The notes under the pieces were generated by a model. It saw nothing but the letters and a program-made list of their open reading frames with translations. It did no database searches and was not told the DNA's origin. A DNA stretch of 63,535 nucleotides, filler included, from Reticulomyxa filosa (taxonomy: Eukaryota > Protista > Foraminifera): NCBI GenBank assembly GCA_000512085.1. It is 22 parts of 22 records of this genome, joined end to end, with 100 filler letters (N's around TTAATTAATTAA, not from the genome) between each part and the next. Parts side by side here need not be neighbours in the genome. Positions count along the whole stretch, not along the records: positions 12,005 to 14,175 come from ASPP01011717.1; positions 14,276 to 18,003 come from ASPP01003933.1; positions 18,104 to 20,330 come from ASPP01012146.1; positions 20,431 to 24,997 come from ASPP01004169.1; 18 more parts are not named here. One strand, 5' to 3'. The number at the start of each line of letters is the position of its first letter. The stretch's first letter is position 1. Made by a program: the position numbers and the translations under genes. Shown here piece after piece: positions 12,461 to 25,097 of this stretch.

Positions 12461-13176
12461 TACGTATAAAAAGTGCAAGTGGAAAGGAGAGGGGGAAGAA
12501 AAGTTAACTCGATCATCGCTTTTCACCAAATTAAAGGTTTGAGTTTGGATGCGTTGTTCACCTCCGCTTGACAGTAACGATGTAGAAATTAAATAGAAGA
12601 CATAAACGCCAAGAAAGGTCATGCCGAGAATGTAAAGGAAGCTGACAGTTTCCTCTGTTTTCTACTTTCCAAAAGTCATCACCCACAAATATGCTTTCAA
12701 TCCATTCCCCTTTGCAAATAATAATATATGCATATATATGATTGCGAACCCCCCCCCCCCTCCCAAAAAAAAAAACAAAAAAAAGGTTATCAATAAATTG
12801 CAATATTAACTTCCTTCACCACCACAAATCTACTTAATGCAGTAGTCGGGCCAGTTCTTTGAGCAACAATCCTTGTCTCCGATGATGATGATGATGACAC
12901 ATTCTCTGTAATTTTGGGTGATTGCCTTTGATGACTTTGTGCTTCGGATTTTGTTGTTTCGGAAAATATCTGTTCGTTGGATTCCGGCTGATATTGTTTT
13001 CCTTGCTTCTTTTCTGACTCTTTCGAAGGTCTGCTATCTTGGTTTCGAGACATTGCTCTTGTGTTTATTACGTAGCAGCAACTGCTATTTATACTTTTAT
13101 AATTCCTCAGCAGCTGCTGGTTTTTCCACTTGTACCTTGCTATCCAAGGTATTTGTACACATTTTGCACTGTTCAT
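12125..13176 (-). CDS. TIM21: TIM21-like mitochondrial inner-membrane import protein (about 3 exons)
   Basis: Basic presequence-like N-terminus, a single TM (FLYILGMTFLGVYVFYLI), then TFNLVKSDDR / VIRAIG...EHVQVVYYVHGSKGEARIDVDM...WEIFYCIV...ITIVDNR, matching the TIM21 IMS-domain pattern. There is a possible sequence error just before the TM. Confidence 0.7.
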
Positions 13177-13755
13177 GTCGTTTTGTTTGTTTATTTTTTT
13201 CGTCGGTTGATTGGTCGCAGAAAGTGCAAGAAATTTTTCGCCCTCCTCCCTCTCCCCCTTTTGCTGCTCCAAAACAGTACAATACCAAAACAACAGAAAA
13301 CAAGTTTACAAATCTTTTTTTTTTTTTTTAAACCTTCGAATTGCAATAAAAAGACATTTCTCAACTTTGTGAAAGATCTCATTTTTTTTATATTGATGAG
13401 GGTATCTGATCTTCAAAAAAAAAAATATTGTTCACGTTCACCTTTTTTTTTAAAAAAATGAGATTGTATCAAAAGGCTTAAAAACAAAGATACTAGAACA
13501 ACAAAAAAAGGAGCATGCACTTTCAATGAAGCATGAGTTCTTAATCGCTTTCAGAGCCACATGCACAAAAACAGTTGAATTTATTATCTTTTTTTTTGTT
13601 TTCAAATTTAAAGATGTTCGGGAATGTCAATACTTTATGTTCACTAAAAAGAGAAGCTATTGCAATTTAGTTTTTCAAACACTAACACGTTTTTTTTTGG
13701 TCCTTCCTTGGAGTAACAAAACCAAAAAAACAAAATAAAACGAAAAAGACAATTT

Positions 13756-14076
13756 TCAAAGAGAATTGGAGATAAATTGTTTTGTGATGGCATTAGTGTT
13801 GCTTGGTTTTGATGCGTATTTTTTTCGTATGGCACGAAACCAGCAGACGAGCGTGGTTACAACAAACAAAAAAATAATCATGCCGTCCATGGCAAACGCT
13901 TTCGTGATAGCGTTGTGATCGTTTAAATGCCCCTCAATTCTATTTTCATTGCGGATGACAAGCTGTTCAGGATGAAAGCAGTTGGTGTCACCAGACTCCA
14001 CACATGGCAATAGACTGCACATGCGCTCATAACTCTTGTCACCGTTTTTAAACAGTAAACAAGCACTTGCACACAT
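13756..14076 (-). CDS. Terminal exon of a hypothetical single-pass membrane protein
   Basis: Cys-containing segment, then a TM (GMIIFLFVVTTLVCWF) and a basic stop-transfer. An intron-like AT/AC tract lies upstream. Confidence 0.4.
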   Translation of the reverse strand: MCASACLLFKNGDKSYERMCSLLPCVESGDTNCFHPEQLVIRNENRIEGHLNDHNAITKAFAMDGMIIFLFVVTTLVCWFRAIRKKYASKPSNTNAITKQFISNSL

Positions 14077-15851
14077 TATCCAATCTAATTATATATGTAT
14101 ATGTATACAAATACAGAAAAATGAGCATCTTAGTATTTATAATAATATTTATAAATATAAGTATAAATGTAAAATNNNNNNNNNNNNNNNNNNNNNNNNN
14201 NNNNNNNNNNNNNNNNNNNTTAATTAATTAANNNNNNNNNNNNNNNNNNNNNNNNNNNNNNNNNNNNNNNNNNNNGAACAAACTCCCTTATTAATTTTTC
14301 TTTTAAAGTGTGCATCTCCCTCTTCTCACTTTCCTCTTCTCATAAAAAGGAAAAGAAAAATGAACACTTATTTAAAAAAATGAACTGCATTTTCCAGTTA
14401 ATTTGTGATCAAACAGCACAACATTTTTTTGTTGGTTCAATGATCTAACATTTTTGAATTGTGTCAATTGCAATGTAACTTCTATCTTGTCTGAAAGTGG
14501 AAGTTTGCTTTTCTTATTTTTTTTTCAAATTAAAAAAAATGAATACAATTGCATAACATTGCACACTTACTATGATCGAAAAGTCATGTATTTTTTCAAT
14601 TCTACCTTTTTTTTTAAATTCTTTTTTGTCAACTGCAAAAAAAAAAAGACGCTTGTGTCATTGCCATAACTGTTTTTCTTTTTGCATGTTATAATCAAAA
14701 TTGTAGTACTATTCTATATGATCAAATTATCGCAACTCAGTGAGGTCTTAACTATAATCAAATGTAAGGATTTATCAAAAATGAATATCATCATGAAAAA
14801 TTCTTTGCCCCGTCAATTAAAAAAAATCAGTAGAAATTGTTCTCCTCCAATGAGTATTGTAATAACTTATTTTTCTACAAAATCCTTTGTGCAATAAAAT
14901 AACTCTATAATCATAATTTTATTTTTTAATTGAATAGTTTCTTAAAAAGGGTCTAGTTCCAGATTTTTTCTTTTTTTATCTGTAATCATTAATCTCGTTG
15001 CTCGAAATCAAAATTTAGTAAAAAAACATTTTCATTTCCGGATTGTCGACGAAATACGCTTTGCAAAAGTGGCTTTAAATGTTCGAAGATACTACATTGA
15101 TTTTTTACAAATAAAAAATTTATTTGTCTTGATTATGTCATTGTTATTGATATTATTTCATATAAAATCAAGATTTGTAAATTTGTTTATTTGATCAAAG
15201 AGATCATAACTAACAAATACACCTACATTGCAAAATATTGCTTATGTCAACTTATTTTCGATGTCTTCGTTAACACAATTTTCATTTATCTGAAGAAAAA
15301 ATCAATTGAAAAAAAGTTAAATACAAAAAGTTCACATTTTAACACTTGATATCTCGCATATTATCGCTTCAGCCACAATATAGATTTGTATATCTTTTTT
15401 TTATTATTTTTGTTGTTATTGAAATTTGTCATAAGAATAAACATTTGTATTTTACTTTGAATTATTTTACAGCAATTACCCTCACATAGTTTGTTATATG
15501 TTCTGGCATTATCGTGCATTGGTTGGGATAAGCAAATAAAACGATGATGGACGAAGAACGAGAAAATTCAAAAAACACGGTTACAATATTAACTTTTTGA
15601 TTGTGCTTTTTTATAAGAATTTTTGTGAATTTAAAATTACGTTCTTGTTCGTTGTTAAATCGTACGTGAAATGAAACTGATATCCGCTCTTTTTACTTTT
15701 GTAAGTTTTTGTTTCAACAAAAATAAAGAAAAAGAAAAATTTTTTAATTTCAAATTCTCTTTTCTTCTCATTTTGTTCTCAAAATGAGCAAGTGAGGCAC
15801 AAGAAAATTGAAGAATTGCTCAAGGAACAAACAATAAGATTATTTCACCTC

Positions 15852-16440
15852 TCACCACCCAACGATCTCTTTGAATTGCTTATGTTCGAGTTGGCAAATC
15901 ATTCTCAAATATTTTCCAATGAGTTTTTTTTTAAATGAATGTATTTCAAAAATATCTGCACAACGCTTATTGTATTCATTCAAATACTTATTGTTTTCTT
16001 TGTCTTGGAAAGTTAGTTTGGTTTCCAGCCATAAAACATGAAAAGACTGCGATTTTTCTTGCAAATTCTCGATTTGTCTGTGCAGATCTTCGACTTGTGC
16101 TTTTAATGCCTTATTTGTATCAAAATTGTTACAACAACAAGAATCAGCACAAATTCTGAGTTTATTGCATTTTTGTTCGGTTCTAAATCCCCCAGAAAAA
16201 CTTAGCTTCTATTGGAATTGATTGATTGACATTCTCAAATCTATTTAATGCCATTGGGAGCTCTTCTTTCATTGAAGTAAAGACATTTTGAAATTCTTCC
16301 CACTGTTTTTCAATTTGTTCTGGTCTTTTTTTGAAAATGGTGTAATTACATCGCAATACACATCTTCCAAAATTCCTATTGACACAATACTGAGCAAGAG
16401 AAAACCTTACTGCCCTCATCTTGCGAAAAGTGGTTAGCAA
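15852..16440 (-). CDS. Hypothetical protein with mitochondrial-presequence-like N-terminus (probably 2 exons)
   Basis: An R-rich, acid-free N-terminus followed by a second protein-like ORF. No family recognised. Confidence 0.35.
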
Positions 16441-16704
16441 AAGGGGACGTCATTTTTCTGCTGCCTTTCCAGAACAATTTTGTAAAAAACTATCGGATCA
16501 AATGCTTGTAGTAAATAGACTAGCGTATTACAAATATCTTTCGCTCAAAATCAATTTTACAAAGAAATTTTATTAAGAGAGTTAATATTTTTAGACCAAA
16601 GATAATTAGTTATTTTAAAATGTACCCTGTTGTTTATTTGATTTTCTTCAATCATTTTTGGGTAATAAATGATCAATTCCTGACAAGAAAAAAAAATCCA
16701 CTAA

Positions 16705-17307
16705 TTACAATCGATCGTGTTGTTCAGTATTAACAAGTTTTTCGTATTTTTCTTGATACAAAGTTGACCGAAAACGCAAGCTGGCTTGAATCGTCCAAAT
16801 ACTACTTAAACCCCAAGTTACTGCAAATATTAGAGAATAAATGCGATATCCACCGTCGGTTTGTTTTATAACATTCACTGCATAACTCAAAACAATCATA
16901 ATATGAGAAATTGGTAACAAAACACAATGAACGTTGCACAAGTGTTTTTTGAAGTGGCGTTTGTGCAAATCGGTTTGATTGTTTGCTTTGTTTCCAGACA
17001 CTTTCTTGTCATTTCCGACATTATTTTCCTTTCCAACACAATAGATGCCAAGTACCCCTGTGATAATTGCAAATATGAATGCAACTACACCAAAATCAAA
17101 GATGTGGCCGTTTGCTGTCCATACCAAAGACACGATCCAAAGGATTATACCACCCACAACTAGGATTATGGAATACACAAACACGGCTTGTTTCTGGAGA
17201 CGAATACTATTCTCTCTTTCAAGAAGATCTTGGTTTGACTCTTGACTGATTTCACTGTCGATTTGCAATTCTGGAAGTTCAGGATCCTGTCCCGTTGTGT
17301 CTTGCAT
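16705..17307 (-). CDS. Hypothetical four-TM membrane protein, 200 aa
   Basis: Intact ATG-to-stop ORF with four hydrophobic segments and an acidic N-terminus. Confidence 0.65.
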   Translation of the reverse strand: MQDTTGQDPELPELQIDSEISQESNQDLLERENSIRLQKQAVFVYSIILVVGGIILWIVSLVWTANGHIFDFGVVAFIFAIITGVLGIYCVGKENNVGNDKKVSGNKANNQTDLHKRHFKKHLCNVHCVLLPISHIMIVLSYAVNVIKQTDGGYRIYSLIFAVTWGLSSIWTIQASLRFRSTLYQEKYEKLVNTEQHDRL

Positions 17308-17580
17308 GATGCAAGGGATAGTTTTTTTTTAATCTGGAGACCCTGTTTTCAAGTTTTGAAGCTTACAACCAAAACAAGAAGAAAGGATGCAGATTTATTT
17401 CTCCGTTAGCGACACAAAATGTAATTTGAATGACAATAAAAAATTCATCAAATTATAATCCAAGTAAATGGATTTGAAAAAAATTGTGATTGCTAAATCC
17501 ATAAATAGATTTCAAACTTTTTTAAAAAAAAAACAAATAATGAAAAAGTTGAAATTGTTTGCTTTGTTTTATTCTTCGTC

Positions 17581-17951
17581 TCACATGCGTTCCAGCACTG
17601 GTATTCCTAATAAACCCAAGCCTTTAGCAAGTGTTTTTGCAACAGCTTCTGCGAATTTCAATGAAGTAATTTTTCGAACTGGGTCCTTACACTTGCGAAT
17701 ATTGTTAATTGGTTTGGAATACCACTGACTGAATTTGGATGCAATATCATAGCAATATCCACACAACATGGAAGGACTCTTGTCTTCGCATGTTTGCTTT
17801 ACTTTATTTTGGAAGTGAGCTAGTTCAAACAGAATATCTCTTTCCTCTGGTGAATTGAGAAGTGACCAATTGGGTTTGTATTCATGTCCAGGAGCCTCCA
17901 CTAATCGACCAATCGATGCCACTCGTGCATATTGATATTGTAAATAAGGAC
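17581..17951 (-). CDS. argS: Arginyl-tRNA synthetase, last exon (DALR anticodon-binding domain)
   Basis: The exon begins (G)PYLQYQYARVASI, contains PSMLCGYCYDIASKFSQWY and ends GLGLLGIPVLERM*, the ArgRS terminal motif. Confidence 0.92.
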
Positions 17952-18189
17952 CTATATTATATATGAATATATAGATGTGTGCATATATATATAATATATA
18001 TATNNNNNNNNNNNNNNNNNNNNNNNNNNNNNNNNNNNNNNNNNNNNTTAATTAATTAANNNNNNNNNNNNNNNNNNNNNNNNNNNNNNNNNNNNNNNNN
18101 NNNGTTTTGTTTTTGTTTTAAATTAAAAAAAAAAAAAAAAGATTACTCATACAAATGTATATAATACATTTATTTATTTTTTTTTTAGA

Positions 18190-19603
18190 GGGCTTTGTGG
18201 TGACCGAAGCTAGCTTAGCAATATTATGCAATAAACTCTGCGATGTCGTGAAAAGCATGTCTCCCTCAGATATGTTCTTTGGATATTTGCGTGATGGGAA
18301 CCCGCTCCTCTTGCACATGAAGTGTTTGTGCTGTTGAAAACGGTGCTCGCGAACCCCGTGTATTCCAAGTACTTGCCGTATTACAAATTGCTTTCTCGAC
18401 TTGTCAAGTTGTGCTGTAAAGGTTAACACACCACAAACATTATACAATGACAAACACTTTTGTATGAATTTTTTTTTTTTTTTTTTTTTGCCTTATCAAT
18501 TCTCCGATTTTTTTTTTTTTTTTTTTGGATGTACAAACTTGTGCAAAAGATAATCGTTACCTTTGGTATCAATGGCTACCGGCAAATGTCCATTTACTGC
18601 GAGGCAAATCAGTGTTGCAATATGATCTTGTGTTTGAACTCATCTTGACGTTGCTTGATCGTAGAAAAAACGCTGCGACGGGAAGAATGCGAAAAGAGGA
18701 GTTGTTTGGGACAACCGATGAATCTTTTTTCATAAAGAAAGATGAAGTCGATAGTGATAGTGAAAGTAATAGTGAGAGCGACAGTGACAACGAAATTGAA
18801 CACAAAAGTGATGACGACAACGAAAAAAACAAATCCGGTAAAAAAATGCTTCCGACAAAACGTCACAATTAGTTTCGCAAACGCCGACCATTCTCCCTCT
18901 CACTCACAAATTTTACTCGAAACAATTTTTCCAATGTCTTGTTGCTCGAGTGTGCGAAAACGATAAACATCAATTGGCGATCGTCCATATCATTGGCGAA
19001 AATAACATTGCGGCGAGTGAGAAACTCTGTCAATGCATCATTTATCGTATCGACAATCTGGAGTGCTTTGACTGCTACTCTGCGGTGACATGTTTCATAG
19101 AGCTCATTTCTATTGATGATGAATGTAAACAAAAGAGATGGGACAAATGTCTCAAGCCATTTATTCAATGCATTTCCAAACCGAATAATGCTCAAAGCTG
19201 GAATATGGTCGAAATGTGCGTTGTGTTATTATTGGATTTGATCCACAAAAGAAAAGATGTAATATCTTTTTTTTGTATTAATATGTGTGTTTGTGTCATT
19301 ATAGCATGCGATTGCAAATAAACCATTTTTTTTAATGTGTGAACATCTAAACAGCTGTTTGAATGGTTTGCGAAGTGCAAAGAAGGGAATGAATTTTTCG
19401 ACTGGATCAAAGTATATGCTAAGACGTATCCATCAGGTAAACGGTTAAATCAAAATTCCGAACAAGGCGCGCCAAAACTATACAAAAATCAAGTGCCTCA
19501 AGGAGTTAATAAATATATTCCCATTGGCGAGATCTCATTTTACAAAGATAAAAGTAATTTTAGAGCAGCAGTGGAAAGTGTTTTGAGCCCACAACAAAAG
19601 TAG
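18190..19603 (+). CDS. Hypothetical multi-exon gene with an acidic D/S tract, apparently frameshifted
   Basis: Successive plus-strand protein-like segments separated by T-rich introns, including DEVDSDSESNSESDSDNE. Confidence 0.35.
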
Positions 19604-20078
19604 CATCTCATGTTGTGAGTAGTTTACTGTCTAACACAACATTGACACTCAAAGGATTCAAAAGGATAACGGTAGAGGAATCATTTAATTGTGTTTTTAT
19701 GGTTTATTACTTTTGCTGTTAACAAATAGAAGCTTACCAATACATCAAACCAAACAATGATCGTAAAAATATTTTTTCTGTATGGTCTCTTTTAAATTTT
19801 TTCCAGTGGTGTGTTCGAGTCACAAGACCGAATAACCTTTTTTATAAGGGATATGCCAAGACCACAGCTCAGATTTTTTTGCAATTATTTTAGAGCTTTT
19901 TTCTTGAATTTAATCTCACATACATGAAAATTTGTAACTGACATAAATTTTGTTCTTCACAATCAATGTTCAATTTTTCTACAAAAAGGAAAAATCATTG
20001 CACGACAACTAACAGAACAAAGGGATCCAGTGCGCACAACTCATAAAAGAATTTTTAACCTTGAAACACCATACAAAT

Positions 20079-20291
20079 CTATCGAGCATTTTGAATTTGG
20101 GAAATCCTCAAAGGCAATAAGTCTTTCATTTGTTTCGCAATCTCGTGTTGTTCTTCAAAGCCTGGGATTGGCTGATTTTCTTGGAAGTATTTTACAACAA
20201 ATTCATATCCTTTGATAGATTTTTGTAAACATTCCAATTGCTTTGTTTTATCCAAATATCGCAGCTTGCCATACCTTTTTTCCCCCATCAA
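20079..20291 (-). CDS. KIFBP: KIF-binding protein (KBP/KIFBP)-like, C-terminal exon
   Basis: RYGKL...KQLECLQKSIKGYEFVVKYFQEN...EEQHEIAKQMKDLLPLRISQI resembles the KBP C-terminus as I recall it (LYGK...L..SL..YKF.VDY......E.EL..EM..LLP.K). Confidence 0.7.
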   Translation of the reverse strand: MMGEKRYGKLRYLDKTKQLECLQKSIKGYEFVVKYFQENQPIPGFEEQHEIAKQMKDLLPLRISQIQNAR

Positions 20292-22320
20292 AGCAAAAAG
20301 GTCGTTTACGGAATAGTTTTTTTGAGTTATNNNNNNNNNNNNNNNNNNNNNNNNNNNNNNNNNNNNNNNNNNNNTTAATTAATTAANNNNNNNNNNNNNN
20401 NNNNNNNNNNNNNNNNNNNNNNNNNNNNNNAACTTCGACCTCGGGATGTCTGTCGCTGTCGGATGGGTGGGTATTTTATACTCGTTCTATTACCGGTGGG
20501 CCGTGTAATACAGGTTGAATGCATTGTCACTACCGCCGCCTGTATGGACCGTCCGTAGAATATAACTTTCTACAAACGATTGGTCGCAAGATGACGATTG
20601 ATTTTGACTTTGGTGTATTAATCGCAGTGCCGAAAGTTGCTTAAATGGAGCTCGTTCGATTATTCGCAATTAACAGTGGGAGTATTAAAGTTTTGAAGTG
20701 TCAATGTCTTTGGATGCAGGAGGTGAGTGTTCCGGCGTGATAGTGCTCCTATTTGTCGTTGCTCCACGCCTGAGAAAATCCAAGGGGGATCATTTGCTGT
20801 GCCACGTTTGCTGCTATCGCTTATCGGTTGAGAATTTTAGATTGTCTGTGTTGTATGACTTTTGGTGGCAGTTTCGTCGGGAGCCAGTGTCCCGATGTTC
20901 AAGATCACCCCGTCTACTTTCGTGGGGGGGGGGGCGAAAGAGATTTTGTTTTTCCAATGCACTCTCTTTTGCGTGGTATTGTTGGCTTCACAGTGATGCC
21001 ACTTTACTTTGCCAGTTTCACTTGTACTTCCGCTTCCTGCTCAGTTCCGCCTCCGCTCTCCTTCATTTTCCGTGTTCTACTTCCTTTTCTTTTTTCGTTT
21101 CGCTTTCGCTTGCCTTTTCACCACTATTTCTTGTTCTATATCGACTTCGGCGTCCTCCAGTGTGTTCCATACCACATTGATGTTGACTACCGTTTCTACT
21201 AATTAAGGATAGAAGTGCTGCATCTCGCAATAGGTATTTTTGGGACTTGCCCTTCCTTGATGATCCGATGACAAGTTGATGATGTTGTCAAATTTTCTTT
21301 CCGGGTTCCCATTGAACTTTGACTGTCGTCAGCCAATTTCTGACTTGTGGGGTTTTTTTTTACTTATTTCATTTCCAATAAACCGTGCTAATCAAAAAAT
21401 TTGGTTTTCATGTTGCAATCTTTGCCTTTTGTCTCCAAAATTATATTCTTGCCATCGCCCCTTTTTAAACTGCGATATGGTTGTTGATTCTCTTTCTGTA
21501 TATTCTTCGCTATATATTTTTTTCTTTGCTCTAGCGTTTGATCTAGTTTATTTATTGTCTTCACCAGTTGTTCTTTGTCTAACGAACTGTCCTTACCATC
21601 GTTGTCCCTTGGTTGTTAACTACTTGACAAATTTTTGTTCTACTTGCCGTTTCAAAATACTTTACCTGTTGCCGTTTCTGTGCGGTTTGCTCCGGAATTG
21701 GAGGTCACTCACCTATAAGTTTTACAACTAGTTGGTCTGTTTTTTCTTGAATTACGAATGGTTGCATTTCGTCTACAGAATTTTCTACTAGTCGTTTTTC
21801 AACAAGTTTTTTCGCGACTAGTTGTACTTTTGTGTTATCTGGATATTTATACTTTAATTTTTGTTTAACCACGAGTCCCTCTTGGCGTCTTGATAGGGAG
21901 ACCACTAACCTTATTCTATCCTTTTCTTTTCCATTATCTTAAATTTACAAGTACTTGACGATTCACCTAACTTTCCTTGTGATCTTTTTTGGTAAAAAGG
22001 GATTCTTGTTTAGACCAATATCGGTTTTCCTTGTCTTCCTCCTACCTTTCTGTTTCCACAATTTTGGACGCCAACGTGTTGTTACTTACTCCACTTTCGG
22101 ATGCTTGTGTCTTGCCGGAAATGCCGGCACTATTTAACAGATTTTTAAAAAAAGTTGAAGAGACTGGATAGTCCAAGTGGAGAAAGTTCGAAGGGGAATT
22201 CTCCAAGTCAGATACCAAATCCCATTCTATTCCATTCATATAATCCGTTTGGGATAATGAATGCAGTTTTGTGCCTGTCATTTTCTCGAATTGGTACATG
22301 CAAATATCCCGATCGTACAT

Positions 22321-23830
22321 CTAATTTTGAGATACCTGCTTGCTTGCCAACTTTTTTACGATATCATTTATGTTTGGTAATGGCCATTCATCAAGGATTG
22401 TGGCTTGGTTCAATTTCCGATAATCGACGCACATGCGTAGCGAGACCCCTTTCTTTTTTACTAATAAGACAGTTGCTGCAAATTGAGAACAGCTTTTCCG
22501 TATTATTCCTATATTTTCTAATTCCTTGACTTGCCTTTTTATTTCTTCTTGATACATATTATTAAGTTGATATTACTTGTGTTTGATAGGTTTTGTTCCA
22601 GGCTTCAATTCCGATTTCATTTCGGCGTTCGGTATTTGTCCAATATCGAATGAATTCTTCGACTCCAATCGCTGATTCTTGCTTATTAGCTGTTGTAGCA
22701 AATTTTTTATTTGTGGTTCAATATTGTTGTCAATGTTTGCACTAGATTCGACACTTGTACTTTGAATGATTGCCCAAATCCACATTGTTGCACTTCATTT
22801 TCTCCTGTATCTCCGCAACATCACTATGTGGCTCTAAAGTTGGTGTTGCTTGTTCATTATTCCGTTTCTCTTTGTTCTTGACAATGTTTGCATCATTATC
22901 ATCTGTTGATTCACTATCAGCAAATCCTGACCTTCCAATATTTTATCCGATTGTACGTGCTCAAATTTTTCACGCTCCAACCTCAATGCATAACCTAGTC
23001 CACGTAATGCGCTTCTAGATAGAATAAAGTTATGAGTCAGATTTGGCACTACATAAAAATTTTCCTTGAACATTGGTATGTATTTGTTATTGAGTCCTTT
23101 AGATTCAATTCTATTTTTTCTTGTAGTGTGATGGACCCTCCTGCATGCGCCACAATGAACGCACGCGCGTCCTTCGTACTAAATGCTTGTATTTACGGGC
23201 AATAGAGTCGCTCAACGCACATATTGATGTTCCGGTATCTGCAATTGCATTTATTGTAGCTATCTCTTTAGTATACAATTTAATTACAATTTTATCAGGT
23301 TTTTCCATCACTTTATCGATACCAAGCATTGGAATTATGTGCTCGATATTTTCTTGATCTGGCTGCTGTTCGATTACGTGTAATTCATTTATGTTGTTTG
23401 AACAGGCACTTCGCTTGTGACCATGTTCGCCACAATTTCAGCATTCATCGTTCACATAACGATTGCTTTTGGAGACATTGTATTGCTTTTTGTCCTTGTA
23501 TGTATTCGTGACGTTATTGTTTTGGTTCTGCGAATTAATATTGCCTTCGGATCATTGTATGTATCGTTCCTGTTCTTGTAACTCCATTTTTCCTTAACTG
23601 TAAAACGATTGTCTCTATCGTACGTATTTTTCTGTCCATAATACCTTTTATTAAATTTTGAATAACTTCCCCTTGATGTTGTTTGTTCAAATTTTTGTTT
23701 TCGATAGACTATATGCTTTGCTTGTCTTTCATCATCGAATCGTGCTATATGTTCTCCAGAGAAGTTTCTGTTTCATTCAATGTTGCTGGATTTTGTTCGT
23801 ACACCAGTCGTCGCACGATTCCAACCAACG
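22321..23830 (-). mobile_element. Degenerate Ty3/gypsy LTR retrotransposon: gag knuckle, aspartyl protease, N-terminal RT
   Basis: CCHC knuckle C*NCGEHGHKRSAC (about 23405-23445), protease AIADTGTSICALS, and RT GIIRKSCSQFAATVLLVKKKGVSLRMCVDYRKLNQATILDEWPLPNINDI. Multiple stops and frameshifts. LTRs not identified. Confidence 0.9.
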
Positions 23831-23879
23831 ACCCTAGCAACGATTCCATTAATTTTTCATCAGATTATTTCAACCTGTA

Positions 23880-24200
23880 GTAATTAAAATTTGAAGTGAT
23901 GAAAAAATACAAAGAAATGAGTCTGTTCTCAGACTTAAATATTCAAAAAACTTTAATTCAAATATGGGATGTGAAATCAGGACAACAATTCTAAATGCTA
24001 CAAGGACTGTTTAGATGCTGTGAGGAGAGATTTAAAATACTTCCTAGCGGCCAGGCTATTGTATCCTGTTCAAAATAATTCGTTAGTATTTGCTGATCTC
24101 AAATCTCACCGAAGTTGGAAGGGCATATCCCATTGATGACAGGAATAGATGTGTTACTAGCTGATAATACAATTACATCATATTTTCATCAATCAACAAA
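23880..24200 (+). pseudogene. WD40-repeat relic
   Basis: IQIWDVKSGQQF*MLQG, SGQAIVSCS and KLEGH motifs interrupted by stops and frameshifts. Confidence 0.6.
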
Positions 24201-24755
24201 AATTTTTTCTGAAAAGAGCTTATTAAAATATTTGATAAAGTGAGTAGATTCAATTGGGATTATTGTATTGAAATTGTTTCTCAATTTTTTGTTATTTTGT
24301 GTGATTGACAAAAAGGTGCAAGAAACAGTGGTTATTGCAAAAAAAAAATGTTAAAAATAAGTTGCTCTTTTTTAAAAAAAATTTACATGGCTGAGCTTTT
24401 AACATAGCCCCACCATTGAAAAAGATTTTGCTTTTTTCACCATATTTGCACAGTTTTAACAACAGAAAATTAAAATTTGACGAAGTAATGGAAATAAATT
24501 ATCTTAAAAAAAATTAAACAGTGCAAATTTGTAATATTGTGAGACCGCCAATTTATTTTTTTTCGTATATGTAATCCTTATTTCTTGTAGTTTTAAACTT
24601 ATCTTTGTCCAAAAGCGTAGTATCTATTTATTTATTTGTTCTTAAACAGATTATCTAACAACTGCCTTTGTTTTCGCGACAACGCAAAGTTCTGCACGCA
24701 GACTCCTTGTTTTTCAAAACTTTCATTAAAAACCGAAACGTAAACAAAAAAAAAA

Positions 24756-24927
24756 ATGCAGGTTTTGAAATGGTTTTCAAAAAAACCAAGCTCCAGGACA
24801 GTGGTTCCAGATACAAATGATTCGCCTGAAACGAAGGTAAATCAAGTGATAACCGGTAAAATGAAAGAAGCAGAAGAAAAAGCTCGATGTGAGAACGCAA
24901 TTCAAATATTGATGCTTGGTCCTGGAG
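24756..24927 (+). CDS. Heterotrimeric G-protein alpha subunit-like, first exon (partial)
   Basis: MQVLKWFSKKPSSRTVVPDTNDSPETKVNQVITGKMKEAEEKARCENAIQILMLGPG followed by a GT donor. This resembles the alphaN helix plus beta1/P-loop start (KLLLLGAGESGKST). It is absent from the ORF track. Confidence 0.65.
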
Positions 24928-24959
24928 GTTGAGTATCTATATTTTGCCATAAATTTTTT

Positions 24960-24996
<37 letters not shown>

Positions 24997-25097
24997 ANNN
25001 NNNNNNNNNNNNNNNNNNNNNNNNNNNNNNNNNNNNNNNNNTTAATTAATTAANNNNNNNNNNNNNNNNNNNNNNNNNNNNNNNNNNNNNNNNNNNN

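Noticed and set aside
23400-23450. In-frame TGA at a Trp-like position (C*NC), suggesting stop-codon reassignment
   Set aside because: It occurs in a decayed retroelement. Intact genes use TGG for Trp and end in TGA or TAA normally (ArgRS TGA, AlkB TAA).
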